Of a stretch of DNA of 32,000 bases, positions 9,351 to 19,002 are shown one piece after another; position 1 is the first letter of the stretch, and each line of letters starts with the position of its first letter. The notes below the pieces were generated by a model. The model was not told the origin of the DNA. It did no database searches and was given only the letters and a program-made list of their open reading frames with translations. The translations under genes and the position numbers were made by a program. The stretch is from Patescibacteria group bacterium (GTDB lineage: Bacteria; Patescibacteriota; Patescibacteriia; 2-01-FULL-39-33), in the NCBI GenBank assembly GCA_041662745.1, contig JBAZRV010000003.1:90001-122000 (forward strand), given 5' to 3'.

Positions 9351-9436
9351 GGTTGATTCCTCCTTATCGTTGTCCTATCGTCGTTTTTGTCAAAGTTCTA
9401 TTTTGTAAATAATATGTTATCATTTTTACTTATCTT

Positions 9437-10291
9437 ATGTCAATAGCTCAAATATTGCAGCTGGCCGTCAAAAGATTAAAAAATCGGAATATTGTCTCGA
9501 CCGAGTTGGATGCGGAATTGCTTCTGGCTTCCGTTTTGGCTTGTCCGCGCGAATATGTTTTAGCGCATCCGGAATTTAAGCTGAGCGCCAGACAGTTAAG
9601 CAAGTTTAAAAACCTGTTGAAACGCCGGATTAACTACGAGCCGATTGCGTATATTTTGGGCAAGAAAGATTTTTTTGGTTTGGAACTCAAGGTCAATAAA
9701 AACGTGCTTATCCCCCGCCCCGAGACCGAGACGGTTGTAGAGACGGCCTTGGATTTTATCCGCTCCAATCGCCTTAATAAAATCATTGATGTTGGTACGG
9801 GGTCAGGCGCCATTGCCTTGGCCTTGAAGAAAGTCCGGCCTCGAGCTGATGTTCTGGCCGTAGATGATTCGGCGTCGGCTTTAATTATTGCCAAACAAAA
9901 CGCCCGGCGCTATGAATTGAAAATAAAGTTTATAAAAAGCGATTTACTCAGCCGGGTTAGCGATGCGGAGTTGCAGGATTCGGTAATTGTCGCTAATTTG
10001 CCTTATTTAAGTCCGGCAACGATTAAGCGGTATAGCCCCGTTTTAAAAAGACAATTGGCTTATGAACCGCAAGCGGCGCTTTATGCCGGTCGTTATGGCA
10101 TCGATGCCTATGAGAATTTGTTTCAGCAATTGGCTAAGCGTTTGGCTAAACCGCGCGCCGTGTTTTGCGAAATCGGCCCTTGCCATTGGCGAAAGTATTA
10201 TCAGACGGCGAAAAAGTATTTTGTCAGGCAAAAAGTGGAAGTTAAAAGCGATTTGGCGGGCAAGAAAAGGTGTTTGATTATTTATTATTAA
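9437..10291 (+). CDS. prmC: release factor glutamine methyltransferase (PrmC/HemK family)
   Basis: YEPIAYILGKKDFFGLELKVNKNVLIPRPETETVVE, IIDVGTGSGAIALALKK, VIVANLPYLSP; next to prfA. Confidence 0.92.
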   Translation: MSIAQILQLAVKRLKNRNIVSTELDAELLLASVLACPREYVLAHPEFKLSARQLSKFKNLLKRRINYEPIAYILGKKDFFGLELKVNKNVLIPRPETETVVETALDFIRSNRLNKIIDVGTGSGAIALALKKVRPRADVLAVDDSASALIIAKQNARRYELKIKFIKSDLLSRVSDAELQDSVIVANLPYLSPATIKRYSPVLKRQLAYEPQAALYAGRYGIDAYENLFQQLAKRLAKPRAVFCEIGPCHWRKYYQTAKKYFVRQKVEVKSDLAGKKRCLIIYY

Positions 10292-10319
10292 TATCGCCTC
10301 GGTTTGCTAAATAAGCATC

Positions 10320-10356
10320 ACAAAAAAACAACCCGCTAATGCGAGCTGTTTTTTGT
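10320..10356. terminator. terminator-like hairpin between convergent prmC and rplY
   Basis: AAAAAAACAACCCGCtaatGCGAGCTGTTTTTT imperfect inverted repeat flanked by A/T runs. Confidence 0.5.
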
Positions 10357-10365
10357 ATTTGAAGA

Positions 10366-11040
10366 TTATTTTTTATCTTTGCTTTCCTCGGTTGCCGCAG
10401 TTTCGCCTTCAGCGGGAGCGGCCTCGCCTTCAGCGGGAGCGGCCTCGCCTTCAGCGGTAACGGCTGGGACTTCTTCCGTCTCAACTTTCGGTCGGGCCAC
10501 ATTGGCTACTGCATCTTCAAGATGATGATGCAGGATTTCCAGGGTTGCGGGAATCTTGAGATCGGCCAAAGTGATAACATCATCAAAAGTGTTTAAGGGG
10601 GTGATATCCACTACAACTTCATGGATCAAGTCAGTTGGCAGACAACGCACTTCCAATTCGGAAATGTTATGCACTAACACGCCGGCGTCTTCCTTAACGG
10701 CGCGGGATTCGCCGATAAATACCAGCGGAATAGTGGCATGCATCTTCTCTTTCATATTGATCCGATGCAGATCGGCATGGGTAACGCGCCCCTTAACCGG
10801 TTCAAATTGAACTTCAGAGATGATTGCCTTAATCGGCGCAGCGTCGTCAACACTCAAGTCAATGATGGTGCTTTCGCCAGCCTCTTTTAACACTTTCTCA
10901 AATTCAACGTAATTGAATTCCAGGTTTTGATTGGTTTGGCCGTGGCCATAGATTACCGCCGGGACAGAGCCTTGAGATCTTAGGGCTTGGACTTTTTTGC
11001 CCAATTCTTTACGGGTTTTAGCTTTTAGATTCAATGTCAT
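10366..11040 (-). CDS. rplY: 50S ribosomal protein L25/CTC family with acidic low-complexity tail
   Basis: LNLKAKTRKELGKKVQALRSQGSVPAVIYGHGQTNQNLEFNYVEFEKVLKEAG...PVKGRVTHADLHRINMKEKM. Confidence 0.93.
   Translation of the reverse strand: MTLNLKAKTRKELGKKVQALRSQGSVPAVIYGHGQTNQNLEFNYVEFEKVLKEAGESTIIDLSVDDAAPIKAIISEVQFEPVKGRVTHADLHRINMKEKMHATIPLVFIGESRAVKEDAGVLVHNISELEVRCLPTDLIHEVVVDITPLNTFDDVITLADLKIPATLEILHHHLEDAVANVARPKVETEEVPAVTAEGEAAPAEGEAAPAEGETAATEESKDKK
10405..10457 (-). repeat. 21-bp in-frame tandem repeat in the rplY C-terminal tail (about 2.5 copies)
   Basis: Unit gccttcagcgggagcggcctc at 10405-10425 and 10426-10446, plus a partial copy; encodes repeated EGEAAPA. Confidence 0.9.
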
Positions 11041-11149
11041 ATATGGATGTTAATTCGTAATAACCAGGTTACTTTAGCATTAAATTATTTTTTTGTCAAA
11101 TTGGCATTACCTGATTGCCATAGGGCGAATAGACTGTTTCCGGATAAGA

Positions 11150-11175
11150 AAAAAGCTCCCACTAATTGGAGCTTT
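11150..11175 (-). terminator. Rho-independent terminator downstream of the 11200-11742 gene
   Basis: Minus-strand AAAGCTCC aattagtg GGAGCTTTTTT. Confidence 0.75.
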
Positions 11176-11199
11176 ATTTGGTTTGGCCAAAGGTGCTGG

Positions 11200-11742
11200 T
11201 TAATCGGCGGGAGCGGAAAGTTCGGCGTTGGCATCTGTAGCCGGGAAGGCTCCATATCTAACTAAAGCTGTCCCCGGGCTTTCAGGGAAACCTCCATAAA
11301 GAGTCATCATGTTTGAATCGTCCGGAGAGTCCGGAAAAGAGGGTAATCCATCATTTCTATTGCGGTTTAGTTGATCAATTAGCGCTCGTTCCGCCGTTTT
11401 AAAGACCACCTCTTGTTTTTCGGGATCATAATCGGCGAACAAGCGATTAAAAGCAAAAATAATTTGCAGATCTTCATTAAGCAGGACGCCGTAGTCGCAA
11501 ACAGTTTCTTCAGTACCAAAAATTCTATTGGCTAAATTAACCATCCCGGTTTCTTCGGAGTAAACGGCCATAAACTCCTCGGCTGGCTTGGTCTGGCCCC
11601 GCATAATGATCAAATAATAATTCTGCGCCGCTTCATCCGGGGAAGCCTGTTCTTGGGGGTTTGACAATTTTACTTTGACTTGATGCCTTTGCAAATCACG
11701 ACGTAAAAAAGAAAGAACATTGCCATGCATCGGATTGCTCAT
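11200..11742 (-). CDS. hypothetical protein (180 aa) with repeated C-terminal FP[DE]SP-like motifs; candidate partner or substrate of the adjacent radical SAM enzyme
   Basis: ORF with SD AAGGAGAG upstream of the ATG; starts 38 bp downstream of the radical SAM stop; C-term ...GLPSFPDSPDDSNMMTLYGGFPESPGTALVRYGAFPATDANAELSAPAD. Confidence 0.75.
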   Translation of the reverse strand: MSNPMHGNVLSFLRRDLQRHQVKVKLSNPQEQASPDEAAQNYYLIIMRGQTKPAEEFMAVYSEETGMVNLANRIFGTEETVCDYGVLLNEDLQIIFAFNRLFADYDPEKQEVVFKTAERALIDQLNRNRNDGLPSFPDSPDDSNMMTLYGGFPESPGTALVRYGAFPATDANAELSAPAD

Positions 11743-11779
11743 TTTTTCTCTCCTTATCGGTTGCCGATTGATTTTTAGG

Positions 11780-12796
11780 TTAGTTAATCAAACTGTGCAG
11801 ACAACAGAATGGCGCCTGTCCGAATCTATCAAAATGAGCTAAGGCCATGGATTTGCATCCGCCTTGGCACCAGGAATATTTTTTGCAGTTTTGGCAGATC
11901 CCCCCCGGTTGGCAATCGTCTCTAAATAACCTGATAATCTTGTTGTCTTGTTGCCAAATTTCTTTTAATGTTTTTTGCCGTACATTACCCAAGATAAAGC
12001 GTTCATCCATTAACGATAAGCAGGGCAAAACATTGCCGCAAGCATCAATTCCGACGGTCTGTTTGCCGGCGGTACAACCCGGCCAGCCTCGACCGCGCAA
12101 GAGAGTATAGTCATAACCGAAACAATCAGCCGCCCTGATATCCAAGCAGGATTGGTAAATGTTACGCAGTTTTATCAGGGCAAAGCAAGTTTCTCGGAAT
12201 ATTTCTTCGTTGATTGCCAACTCGCTATTATCTTTGGCCCGCCCGATAGGCGAAATCAGCTGAACTTGCCAGCCGGAAGCTCCGACTTTACGCAGGAGCT
12301 CGGCTAATTCAGGCAGTATTGCGTAATTCAGGCGACTGACGGTGGTAATGGCAATAGCTCGCAAGCCGATAGCCTTGGCTGTAGCGATAGCGTTTAAGGC
12401 CGTTAGCCAGGAACGGCTATGGCCACGGATATGATTATGTATGGCTGAGTCGCCGTCAACGGAAACGCCGATAGTATGGGCGCCGGCGTCTTTAAGCCGC
12501 TGCGCCAGGCTGTCAGTCATGGTTAAGCCGTTAGTGATCAGGGCGAAGCTGATCTGCTCCTTTTGCAAACCGTCAAGCAGTTGCGGAAAATCATGTTTAA
12601 TAGTCGTTTCGCCGCCGGATAATGCCAGTTGATTCAAGCCCAGTTCTTGCAGTTGGCCAAAAACCCTTAGCCATTCCTCGGCTGTTAACTCGTCATCCTT
12701 AGGTTTTTTTACGCAATCGGAGCCGCAGTGCCGGCAATTGAGGTTGCAACTCGCGGTGGTTTCTATCACTGCGTTAGTGATTTTTTCATACAACAC
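11780..12796 (-). CDS. radical SAM/SPASM domain protein
   Basis: CNLNCRHC (CxxxCxxC), LSGGET, SVDG, and C-terminal SPASM-type cysteines GCTAGKQTVGIDACGNVLPC...CQPGGICQNCKKYSWCQGGC...CC. Probable GTG start after AAGGAGG. Confidence 0.92.
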   Translation of the reverse strand: MLYEKITNAVIETTASCNLNCRHCGSDCVKKPKDDELTAEEWLRVFGQLQELGLNQLALSGGETTIKHDFPQLLDGLQKEQISFALITNGLTMTDSLAQRLKDAGAHTIGVSVDGDSAIHNHIRGHSRSWLTALNAIATAKAIGLRAIAITTVSRLNYAILPELAELLRKVGASGWQVQLISPIGRAKDNSELAINEEIFRETCFALIKLRNIYQSCLDIRAADCFGYDYTLLRGRGWPGCTAGKQTVGIDACGNVLPCLSLMDERFILGNVRQKTLKEIWQQDNKIIRLFRDDCQPGGICQNCKKYSWCQGGCKSMALAHFDRFGQAPFCCLHSLIN

Positions 12797-12855
12797 CCCG
12801 CCCTCCTTTGTTTGCTTGTAAAATCATTTAATTTTTAAGGAACTCTTGATGTTTT

Positions 12856-12884
12856 ATCTTATTTTAAAAAATTAAGATTGTCAA
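12856..12884 (-). promoter_or_regulatory. sigma70-type promoter for the radical SAM gene
   Basis: Minus strand TTGACA (12879-12884), N17, TAAGAT (12856-12861); overlaps the 3' end of rodA. Confidence 0.7.
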
Positions 12885-13990
12885 GTGGCGCGTCGGCCGT
12901 ATCTGGCAATGGATAGATTGATGCCGATAAGTATCATCATAGTCAATAAAAAGCTTCCGCCGTAAGAAACCAAAGGTAAGGAAATTCCGGTTACCGGCAA
13001 TAGGCCGACGCACATGCCGATATTAATGAAGACATGGGAAAATACCAGGGCGGCGGTCAGTAGCGCAATAAACATACCCAAATCATCGGGCGCGCGCGTG
13101 GCAATGCGGTATAAGCGGAAGAAGAACAGACCGAATAATCCTAAAACCAGGCAGACGCCGACAAAACCGATTTCTTCGGCTATGACGGAGAAAATAAAAT
13201 CAGTCTGGCTTTCCGGAATGAATTTCAATTGGCTTTGGCTGCCGAAACCCAATCCCCGACCCATCAATTTGCCGGCGCCGACGGCGATAATTGATTGGCG
13301 CACGTTATATCCCCTGCCCTGCGGATCCAGGGAGGGATTAATGAAGGTGAAGATGCGGGCTTGTTGATAATCTTGGAAAATAAAAAACCAAGCGAAAAGC
13401 AATGAGGTTATAATTAAGCCGAAAATTAAAAAAACTTGCCAGCGTTTTTGGACGATTAATAAGAAAGCCGCCAGCCAAATGAAAAACAATACCATGGCCG
13501 ATCCGAAGTCCGGTTGCAGGGCGACCAAGCATAACGGCATAGCCACGATTGCCCCTAAGAATATCAAATGCCAGAATTTGTATAAAGTGCGGCTGTAACG
13601 GCTGCAGATATCGGCCAGGACGATAATCAAGAATATCTTGGTTAGTTCTACCGGCTGAAAACTCATAAAGCCGAAGTCAAACCAGCCGCGAGCGCCATTG
13701 ACCACCCGGCCCAGAGGGGTCAGTACTAAAATTAATAACACGATGGACACGGCATAGCCGATCCAACCGATGTAACGGAAAACGCGGTAGTCCAAAAAAG
13801 AGATTCCGCCGGCCGCGCCTAAGGAAATGAATAACCAGAGGATTTGCTTGCGGAAATTATCAAATTCGCCCAAACCGCGGCCTAAGGCAACGCTGTAAAT
13901 AGCGGCTAAGCCGAAAAACATTAAAAAAATCGAGCTGGCCAAGAGCCACCAATCGATTTTTTTGAATAAATTTGTGATTAACGTTTGCAT
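12881..13990 (-). CDS. rodA: rod shape-determining protein RodA (FtsW/RodA/SpoVE family)
   Basis: Multi-pass protein with LTPLGRVVNGARGWFDFGFMSFQPVELTKI, GRGLGFGSQSQLKFIPESQTDFIFSVIAEEIGFVG, GLLPVTGISLPLVSYGGS. Confidence 0.95.
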   Translation of the reverse strand: MQTLITNLFKKIDWWLLASSIFLMFFGLAAIYSVALGRGLGEFDNFRKQILWLFISLGAAGGISFLDYRVFRYIGWIGYAVSIVLLILVLTPLGRVVNGARGWFDFGFMSFQPVELTKIFLIIVLADICSRYSRTLYKFWHLIFLGAIVAMPLCLVALQPDFGSAMVLFFIWLAAFLLIVQKRWQVFLIFGLIITSLLFAWFFIFQDYQQARIFTFINPSLDPQGRGYNVRQSIIAVGAGKLMGRGLGFGSQSQLKFIPESQTDFIFSVIAEEIGFVGVCLVLGLFGLFFFRLYRIATRAPDDLGMFIALLTAALVFSHVFINIGMCVGLLPVTGISLPLVSYGGSFLLTMMILIGINLSIARYGRRAT

Positions 13991-13991
13991 T

Positions 13992-15230
13992 TTACTCGTG
14001 TCTTAGGGCCGCAATAGGGTTCATATTGGCCGCATGGCGTGCCGGGTAATAGCCAAAAATCAGGCCGACGGCGCCACAGAAGCCGAAAGCGATGACAATT
14101 GATTGGGGCGGCAGAATGAATTGCCAGCTATAGCCCAAAAGGCCGGCGGCAAAACTGATAAAATAGGCAAAACCGATGCCGGCAATTATGCCCAAAGCGC
14201 CGCCCAGCAGAGTGATTATAATCGCTTCATAAAGAAATTGCCAGAGGATTTGGGCTTTTTTAGCGCCGACAGCCTTGCGCAGACCGATTTCAAAAGTGCG
14301 TTCTGAAACAGACACATACATAATATTCATGATTCCGACGCCGCCGACGATTAGCGAGATTCCGGCAATGGCGATTAGAAGCAAAGTAATGCCGTTAAAA
14401 ATAGTGTTAATCATGTCTCGGGCTTCTGTCATGGTGGTTACGGCAAAGTCATCATACTGGGGATCATCAATTTCGTGGCGGGTGCGTAATAAATAAACAA
14501 TATCGTCAGCCGTTTGATCTTCTTTAGCGGTGTCAATAATATTTGCGGTAACAGTCTGAATGTAATCAATGCCCATGACTATTTTTTGCAAAGTCTTGAC
14601 TGGCACGTAGGCTAACTGATCAAAATCAAAACCGAAAGTGGCTCCGGCTTCATCCATCACGCCAACAACGCGGAATTTATTCTTGCCGATTTTTATTTCT
14701 TGTCCCAGCGGATCCTGATTGCCGAATAATTTTGCTGACAGTTTGCTGCCCAGAACCACCACGCGAGCCAGCTCGTTGTTTTCATCGTCCGTAAAGAATC
14801 GTCCAATTTTGGTTTTGGTTTTGCCCATCTCCACATAAGCCGGCATGGTGCCAATCAGGTTGACTGATTTTTGCTGATCAAGATAGGAAACCACCTCTTG
14901 ATCCATAATCATAACATAATAATTTTCAATGTTGGGCAGTTTGCCTATGGCCTCAGCGTCTTCCAGGGTGAAGGTGGTGACGGCCACTCCTTGCGCCATG
15001 GTGCTGGCGTTTTGAGTGGAATTCTTTCCCGTGGTCGGCACCTTAATTTCAATCTGGATTATTTTGGAGCCAAACGCCTCCAGTTGCCCTAAGATTTCTC
15101 CTTTAAGACCTTCCCCCGCCGACATTACGATAATGACTGCGGCAATGCCGATAATAATGCCGATCACCGTCAAGACGGTGCGGAGTTTGTTATTTTGCAG
15201 TGATTTTAAAGCAATGTTAAGCGATTGCAT
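13992..15230 (-). CDS. ABC transporter permease, MacB/FtsX family
   Basis: N-term ALKSLQNNKLRTVLTVIGIIIGIAAVIIVMSAGEG, C-term GGVGIMNIMYVSVSERTFEIGLRKAVGAKKAQILWQFLYEAIIITLLGG. Confidence 0.92.
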   Translation of the reverse strand: MQSLNIALKSLQNNKLRTVLTVIGIIIGIAAVIIVMSAGEGLKGEILGQLEAFGSKIIQIEIKVPTTGKNSTQNASTMAQGVAVTTFTLEDAEAIGKLPNIENYYVMIMDQEVVSYLDQQKSVNLIGTMPAYVEMGKTKTKIGRFFTDDENNELARVVVLGSKLSAKLFGNQDPLGQEIKIGKNKFRVVGVMDEAGATFGFDFDQLAYVPVKTLQKIVMGIDYIQTVTANIIDTAKEDQTADDIVYLLRTRHEIDDPQYDDFAVTTMTEARDMINTIFNGITLLLIAIAGISLIVGGVGIMNIMYVSVSERTFEIGLRKAVGAKKAQILWQFLYEAIIITLLGGALGIIAGIGFAYFISFAAGLLGYSWQFILPPQSIVIAFGFCGAVGLIFGYYPARHAANMNPIAALRHE

Positions 15231-15303
15231 ATAATGGCTGGTTTATGGCGTATAGCTTGCAGTTTATACTAATTATAATTAAATATCCGGTAATAAGCCA
15301 TGC

Positions 15304-18300
15304 TTAAGCGCGGAAATCACAGATGCCGTTGTAATCGCACCACTTGCAGGTGTTCTCTGACGGTTGAGGCGGGAATTTGCCGCGTTTTATTTTGGTTACG
15401 GTATCAATTATTTTTTCTTTCATTTTTTCCAGTTCTTTGGGCGTGCCCAGGAAGGAGAGTTCCGAATCGTTGTCAAAATAATAGTATGCCAGTTCTTTGA
15501 CCGGTTGCCGCAATATTTGTTCGGCGGCCAGCTGATAAATCAATAATTGGTCCTTATCGTCAGCCTCCAGTTTTTTCTTCGGACTGCCTGTTTTATAGTC
15601 AATCAGCCGCAAGCCGCCGTTAACTTCATCAATGCGATCAATGGCGCCGCGCACCGACACCTCCGGCGCCAGTTTGACGGTGAAGCCTTTTTCCAATTCC
15701 AGGGCCACAGCCGGCGCTTGTCGCCAGCGATCAAAAAACTTCTTCAGGCAATCCAATCCGTGGTCGCGGTATTTGCGCTTGGTTAGCGCATCCGGATACC
15801 ATTCGTCCACAAATGACATTTCGTAAAGCTCCTTGACTTCCTCCCAGGATATTTCCAACGAATCACCCGTTTCACCGAAGAGGTTTTTTTGTTTGGCCTC
15901 GGCTTTGGCGCGCGCCAGAATAAAGAATTTTTGCATGGTTGAATGCATGGTTTTGCCGAAAGAAAATACGGGCTTGCCTTTTATGGGCAAACGCAGAATA
16001 TGGGCGAAACGATACTGGTAGGGGCAGGATTGAAAAGACTTCAGCTGGGTGAAAGAAATGGTGGGTAATAGCGGTTTACTGCCGGTTGGCAGGGTTTCGT
16101 CAGTATTTTTGGCTTTGGTCGCGGTTAGCAAATCAGAGTCGGGTATGGCTAACGCCGTCGCAGCCAAAGCAAAACCGTCCTCACTAAGTTCTGACAGGAA
16201 GCGAGAAAGTTTTTTGGCTCTGGCGCCCCCGTAGTCTTCGGCCGAAGATAAATATAAGCCCTGCTTGGCTCGCGTCATAGCGACATAAAATAATCGCCGT
16301 TCTTCCTGCAGATGCGCATCGCCTTCGGGCAAGATTTCTTTCGTCAGCGCCGTCGGCAATTCCAGCCGGTCACTCTTGTTGCCCGAGGGGAATTTTCTGT
16401 CCACCAGATTGGCGATAAAAACGTATTTAAATTCTAAGCCCTTGGCTGAATGGACAGTCATAATTCTGACTGAATCGGGGCTTAAGTCTTCCAGATTCGG
16501 CGCCAAAGCGCCTTCCTCCCCCGCTTCCGCTTCCAATTCCATCAGAGCGCGAAAATTATTCAAACTGTGATCCAGATTATCTTTTTCAAACATCTGCATC
16601 TTGCGATAAAACTGATTTAGGTAATTGAGTTCCTGGCGGTTTTCCAAATTGTCTTTGGCGGTCAGGCGCTTGAGATAGCCGGTGGCCTCCAGAAAATCCT
16701 GGCAGAGTTCCGTGGGCCGGGCGCCGGCTTGGGCGCGCGCGGTTTGTGTTTCAATCAGTCCGGCGATTTTAAGCATTTTTTTTCTGCCCTCGGCGGACAA
16801 TCCCGGCAACAAGGAGTTTTGCTTAGCGGCCTCAAATAACGACCAGGCTCGTTTGCCCGCCTGGTAATTAAGCGTGCCGAAATCAGTCAGGCCGATTTGC
16901 CAGGCCGGCAAGCTTAGAATGCGGAACATGGCGATGTTTTCCCTATAATCATCCAACACTTTGAACCAATTCATGATATCCAGAATGATTTTTTTGCCGT
17001 AAAGGCCGCGCGAAGCCATGAACATGTAAGGAATATCGGCTGATTCCAAAACATAGCAGAAATCGTCCGCGGAAGCGTTGGCGCGCACCAGAATGGCGAA
17101 ATCCGACCAGTTGGTTTCTTTATCGGCATTATATAATTCAATAATTTTATCCGTTACCGCTTTGACTTCATCGGCGATAGTCTGGCCATGCAGGTGGCTG
17201 ATCTCTCCGGCGCAATTCAAGTGAGCGGCGAGTTTTTTGGATAATTTTTTTTGTCCTTGGGATAATTTCGCTTCCAAGCGATCAGGATTGTTGCGTTGGA
17301 TAAAATTATAGGATAAATCTAAAATATTCTGGCAAGAACGGTAATTGTCGGTCAACAGTATTTCTTTGGCGCCGGGAAAATCATCTTTGAACTGCAAAAT
17401 ATTGGACACCGACGCGCCGCGGAATTTGTAGATGGACTGGTCGTCGTCGCCGACCACGGTCAGATTGTTTTTCGGCTCGGCTAAAAGTTTGACTAATTCG
17501 TATTGCGCCCAATTGGTGTCTTGAAATTCATCCACTAAAATATATTTGAATTGCGAGCGGTATTTGTACAACACCGCTTTCCTGGTTTTAAATAATTTGA
17601 GAGTGTAATTGATCAGGTCGCCGAAATCCAAAGCATTGTTTTCTAACAGTAATTGCTGATAGGTATGGTAAGCGTCGGCGATTTCCAGTTGTTTGGCGAT
17701 CTCTTCCGTTTTCAGCTCGGCGATTTCCGTCGGCGACAGGTTTTCTTGATCCTCTTCCTTGATGATTGATTTGAGAAAATCAGCCGAGTCGGAATTTAAT
17801 TTTAAATTTTCCGCATATTCCAAATAAGCGTCGGCGGAGATTTCTTCGTCTTTGGCGCGAGAAAACAGCTTTAACAAATCGTGAATGAATTTGGTGGGGT
17901 TGCCCAAGGGGCGATAATGCTTAAGATTGAAGCGATCAAGATTCTGGCGCACTAAAAGCCATTGTTCGGTTTGGGTGAGCAAACGAAAATCAGCCGGCAA
18001 GCCGATTTCTAACCCGTATTCCTTAAGGATGCGTTCGCAAAAAGCATGAAAAGTGGAAATCCATAAGTCATTGTAGCCCAAGGGCAAAAGCTGATCTACG
18101 CGTTCTTCCATTTCAGCGGCGGCTTTTTCGGTAAAAGTCAGGGCTAAAATCTGTTCGGGGAGAATCCCTTGCTCAGTCACCAGCCAGGCGATTTTAGAAG
18201 TGATGACCGTGGTTTTGCCCGTGCCGGCGCCGGCGATAATCAACAGCGGGCCGTCCCGGTGGGTAACGGCTTGCTTTTGGGCTTCATTCAGGTTTTTTAG

Positions 18301-18318
18301 CAGTTCAGAATTCGGCAT
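15304..18318 (-). CDS. UvrD/PcrA-like ATP-dependent helicase with C-terminal PD-(D/E)XK-type nuclease and Fe-S cysteines
   Basis: Walker A AGAGTGKTTV, VDEFQDTNWAQYEL, VGDDDQSIYKFRGA, VMTVHSAKGLEFKYVF; nuclease part RGAIDRIDEVNGGLRLIDYKTG; SFQSCPYQYRF plus CKWCDYNGIC. The track ORF starts at 18369, but the start at MPNSELLKNLNEAQKQAV (18318) is more likely. Confidence 0.93.
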   Translation of the reverse strand: MPNSELLKNLNEAQKQAVTHRDGPLLIIAGAGTGKTTVITSKIAWLVTEQGILPEQILALTFTEKAAAEMEERVDQLLPLGYNDLWISTFHAFCERILKEYGLEIGLPADFRLLTQTEQWLLVRQNLDRFNLKHYRPLGNPTKFIHDLLKLFSRAKDEEISADAYLEYAENLKLNSDSADFLKSIIKEEDQENLSPTEIAELKTEEIAKQLEIADAYHTYQQLLLENNALDFGDLINYTLKLFKTRKAVLYKYRSQFKYILVDEFQDTNWAQYELVKLLAEPKNNLTVVGDDDQSIYKFRGASVSNILQFKDDFPGAKEILLTDNYRSCQNILDLSYNFIQRNNPDRLEAKLSQGQKKLSKKLAAHLNCAGEISHLHGQTIADEVKAVTDKIIELYNADKETNWSDFAILVRANASADDFCYVLESADIPYMFMASRGLYGKKIILDIMNWFKVLDDYRENIAMFRILSLPAWQIGLTDFGTLNYQAGKRAWSLFEAAKQNSLLPGLSAEGRKKMLKIAGLIETQTARAQAGARPTELCQDFLEATGYLKRLTAKDNLENRQELNYLNQFYRKMQMFEKDNLDHSLNNFRALMELEAEAGEEGALAPNLEDLSPDSVRIMTVHSAKGLEFKYVFIANLVDRKFPSGNKSDRLELPTALTKEILPEGDAHLQEERRLFYVAMTRAKQGLYLSSAEDYGGARAKKLSRFLSELSEDGFALAATALAIPDSDLLTATKAKNTDETLPTGSKPLLPTISFTQLKSFQSCPYQYRFAHILRLPIKGKPVFSFGKTMHSTMQKFFILARAKAEAKQKNLFGETGDSLEISWEEVKELYEMSFVDEWYPDALTKRKYRDHGLDCLKKFFDRWRQAPAVALELEKGFTVKLAPEVSVRGAIDRIDEVNGGLRLIDYKTGSPKKKLEADDKDQLLIYQLAAEQILRQPVKELAYYYFDNDSELSFLGTPKELEKMKEKIIDTVTKIKRGKFPPQPSENTCKWCDYNGICDFRA

Positions 18319-18483
18319 AATTAAGTCTATATTTAAGTTAATTTTACCAGAAAACCGGGGATATTTCAAAGCCTGTGATTTTTCGTTAAAATTTTATTTG
18401 AAAATAAAAAACCGCCGTTATTCGGGCGGTTTTGGGCGTTTTGGTTGCAAAGAGCCGATGCGAAGGGCCGGTTGGCGCTGGCA

Positions 18484-19002
18484 TTAAAGCTGAAACCCGA
18501 GGCGCTTGGCCTGTTTTTGCAGTTCCTGAAGGCGTGTTTGGCACTCCTGTTCTTCCAGCTTTTTATCCAACTTCCGTTCCTTGGCTTTCCTGTAATCGGC
18601 AATCACTTGATCCGGTTTGTCAACCAGCAAATCAAGCGGTGTTCGCCAAGCGCCGGTGTCTATGAAAACCTCAACCTTGGGATCGTCATCATGTTGCCAA
18701 TAGACATCAAAAACCTTTATGGATTCCCCCGGCAGGCAAAACCAAATTTCAATATTGTTGCCTCCGAAACAGGTCATGCCGAAAATGCCGCGAAATTCAA
18801 AATTATCAAAGCCTTTGAACTTCCAGGTTGTTTTGATATGATCGCTCGAAGTATCCCGCGACACCAATTCCCCTATTCCCGTGAGTATTTTTGCGGCGAA
18901 TCTTAAATATTTTAGTACCAGTTCTTTCCTGTCTTTAATCTGTTTTTCCAACGCCGCGATTTCTTGCTCAATCGTTTTTTCTGCGACGGCTGCTTTTGCC
19001 AT
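18484..19002 (-). CDS. hypothetical protein (172 aa), coiled-coil ends around a globular core
   Basis: ORF MAKAAVAEKTIEQEIAALEKQIKDRKELV...EEQECQTRLQELQKQAKRLGFQL; preceded by AGGGAGGA. Confidence 0.65.
   Translation of the reverse strand: MAKAAVAEKTIEQEIAALEKQIKDRKELVLKYLRFAAKILTGIGELVSRDTSSDHIKTTWKFKGFDNFEFRGIFGMTCFGGNNIEIWFCLPGESIKVFDVYWQHDDDPKVEVFIDTGAWRTPLDLLVDKPDQVIADYRKAKERKLDKKLEEQECQTRLQELQKQAKRLGFQL

Noticed and set aside
11047-11265. 72-aa + strand ORF
   Set aside because: Overlaps the terminator and the 3' end of the opposing 11200-11742 gene; no SD or family signal.
18445-18906. 153-aa + strand ORF
   Set aside because: Antisense to the 18484-19002 minus ORF, which has a better SD and typical bacterial composition; both are hypothetical, so this is a preference, not proof.
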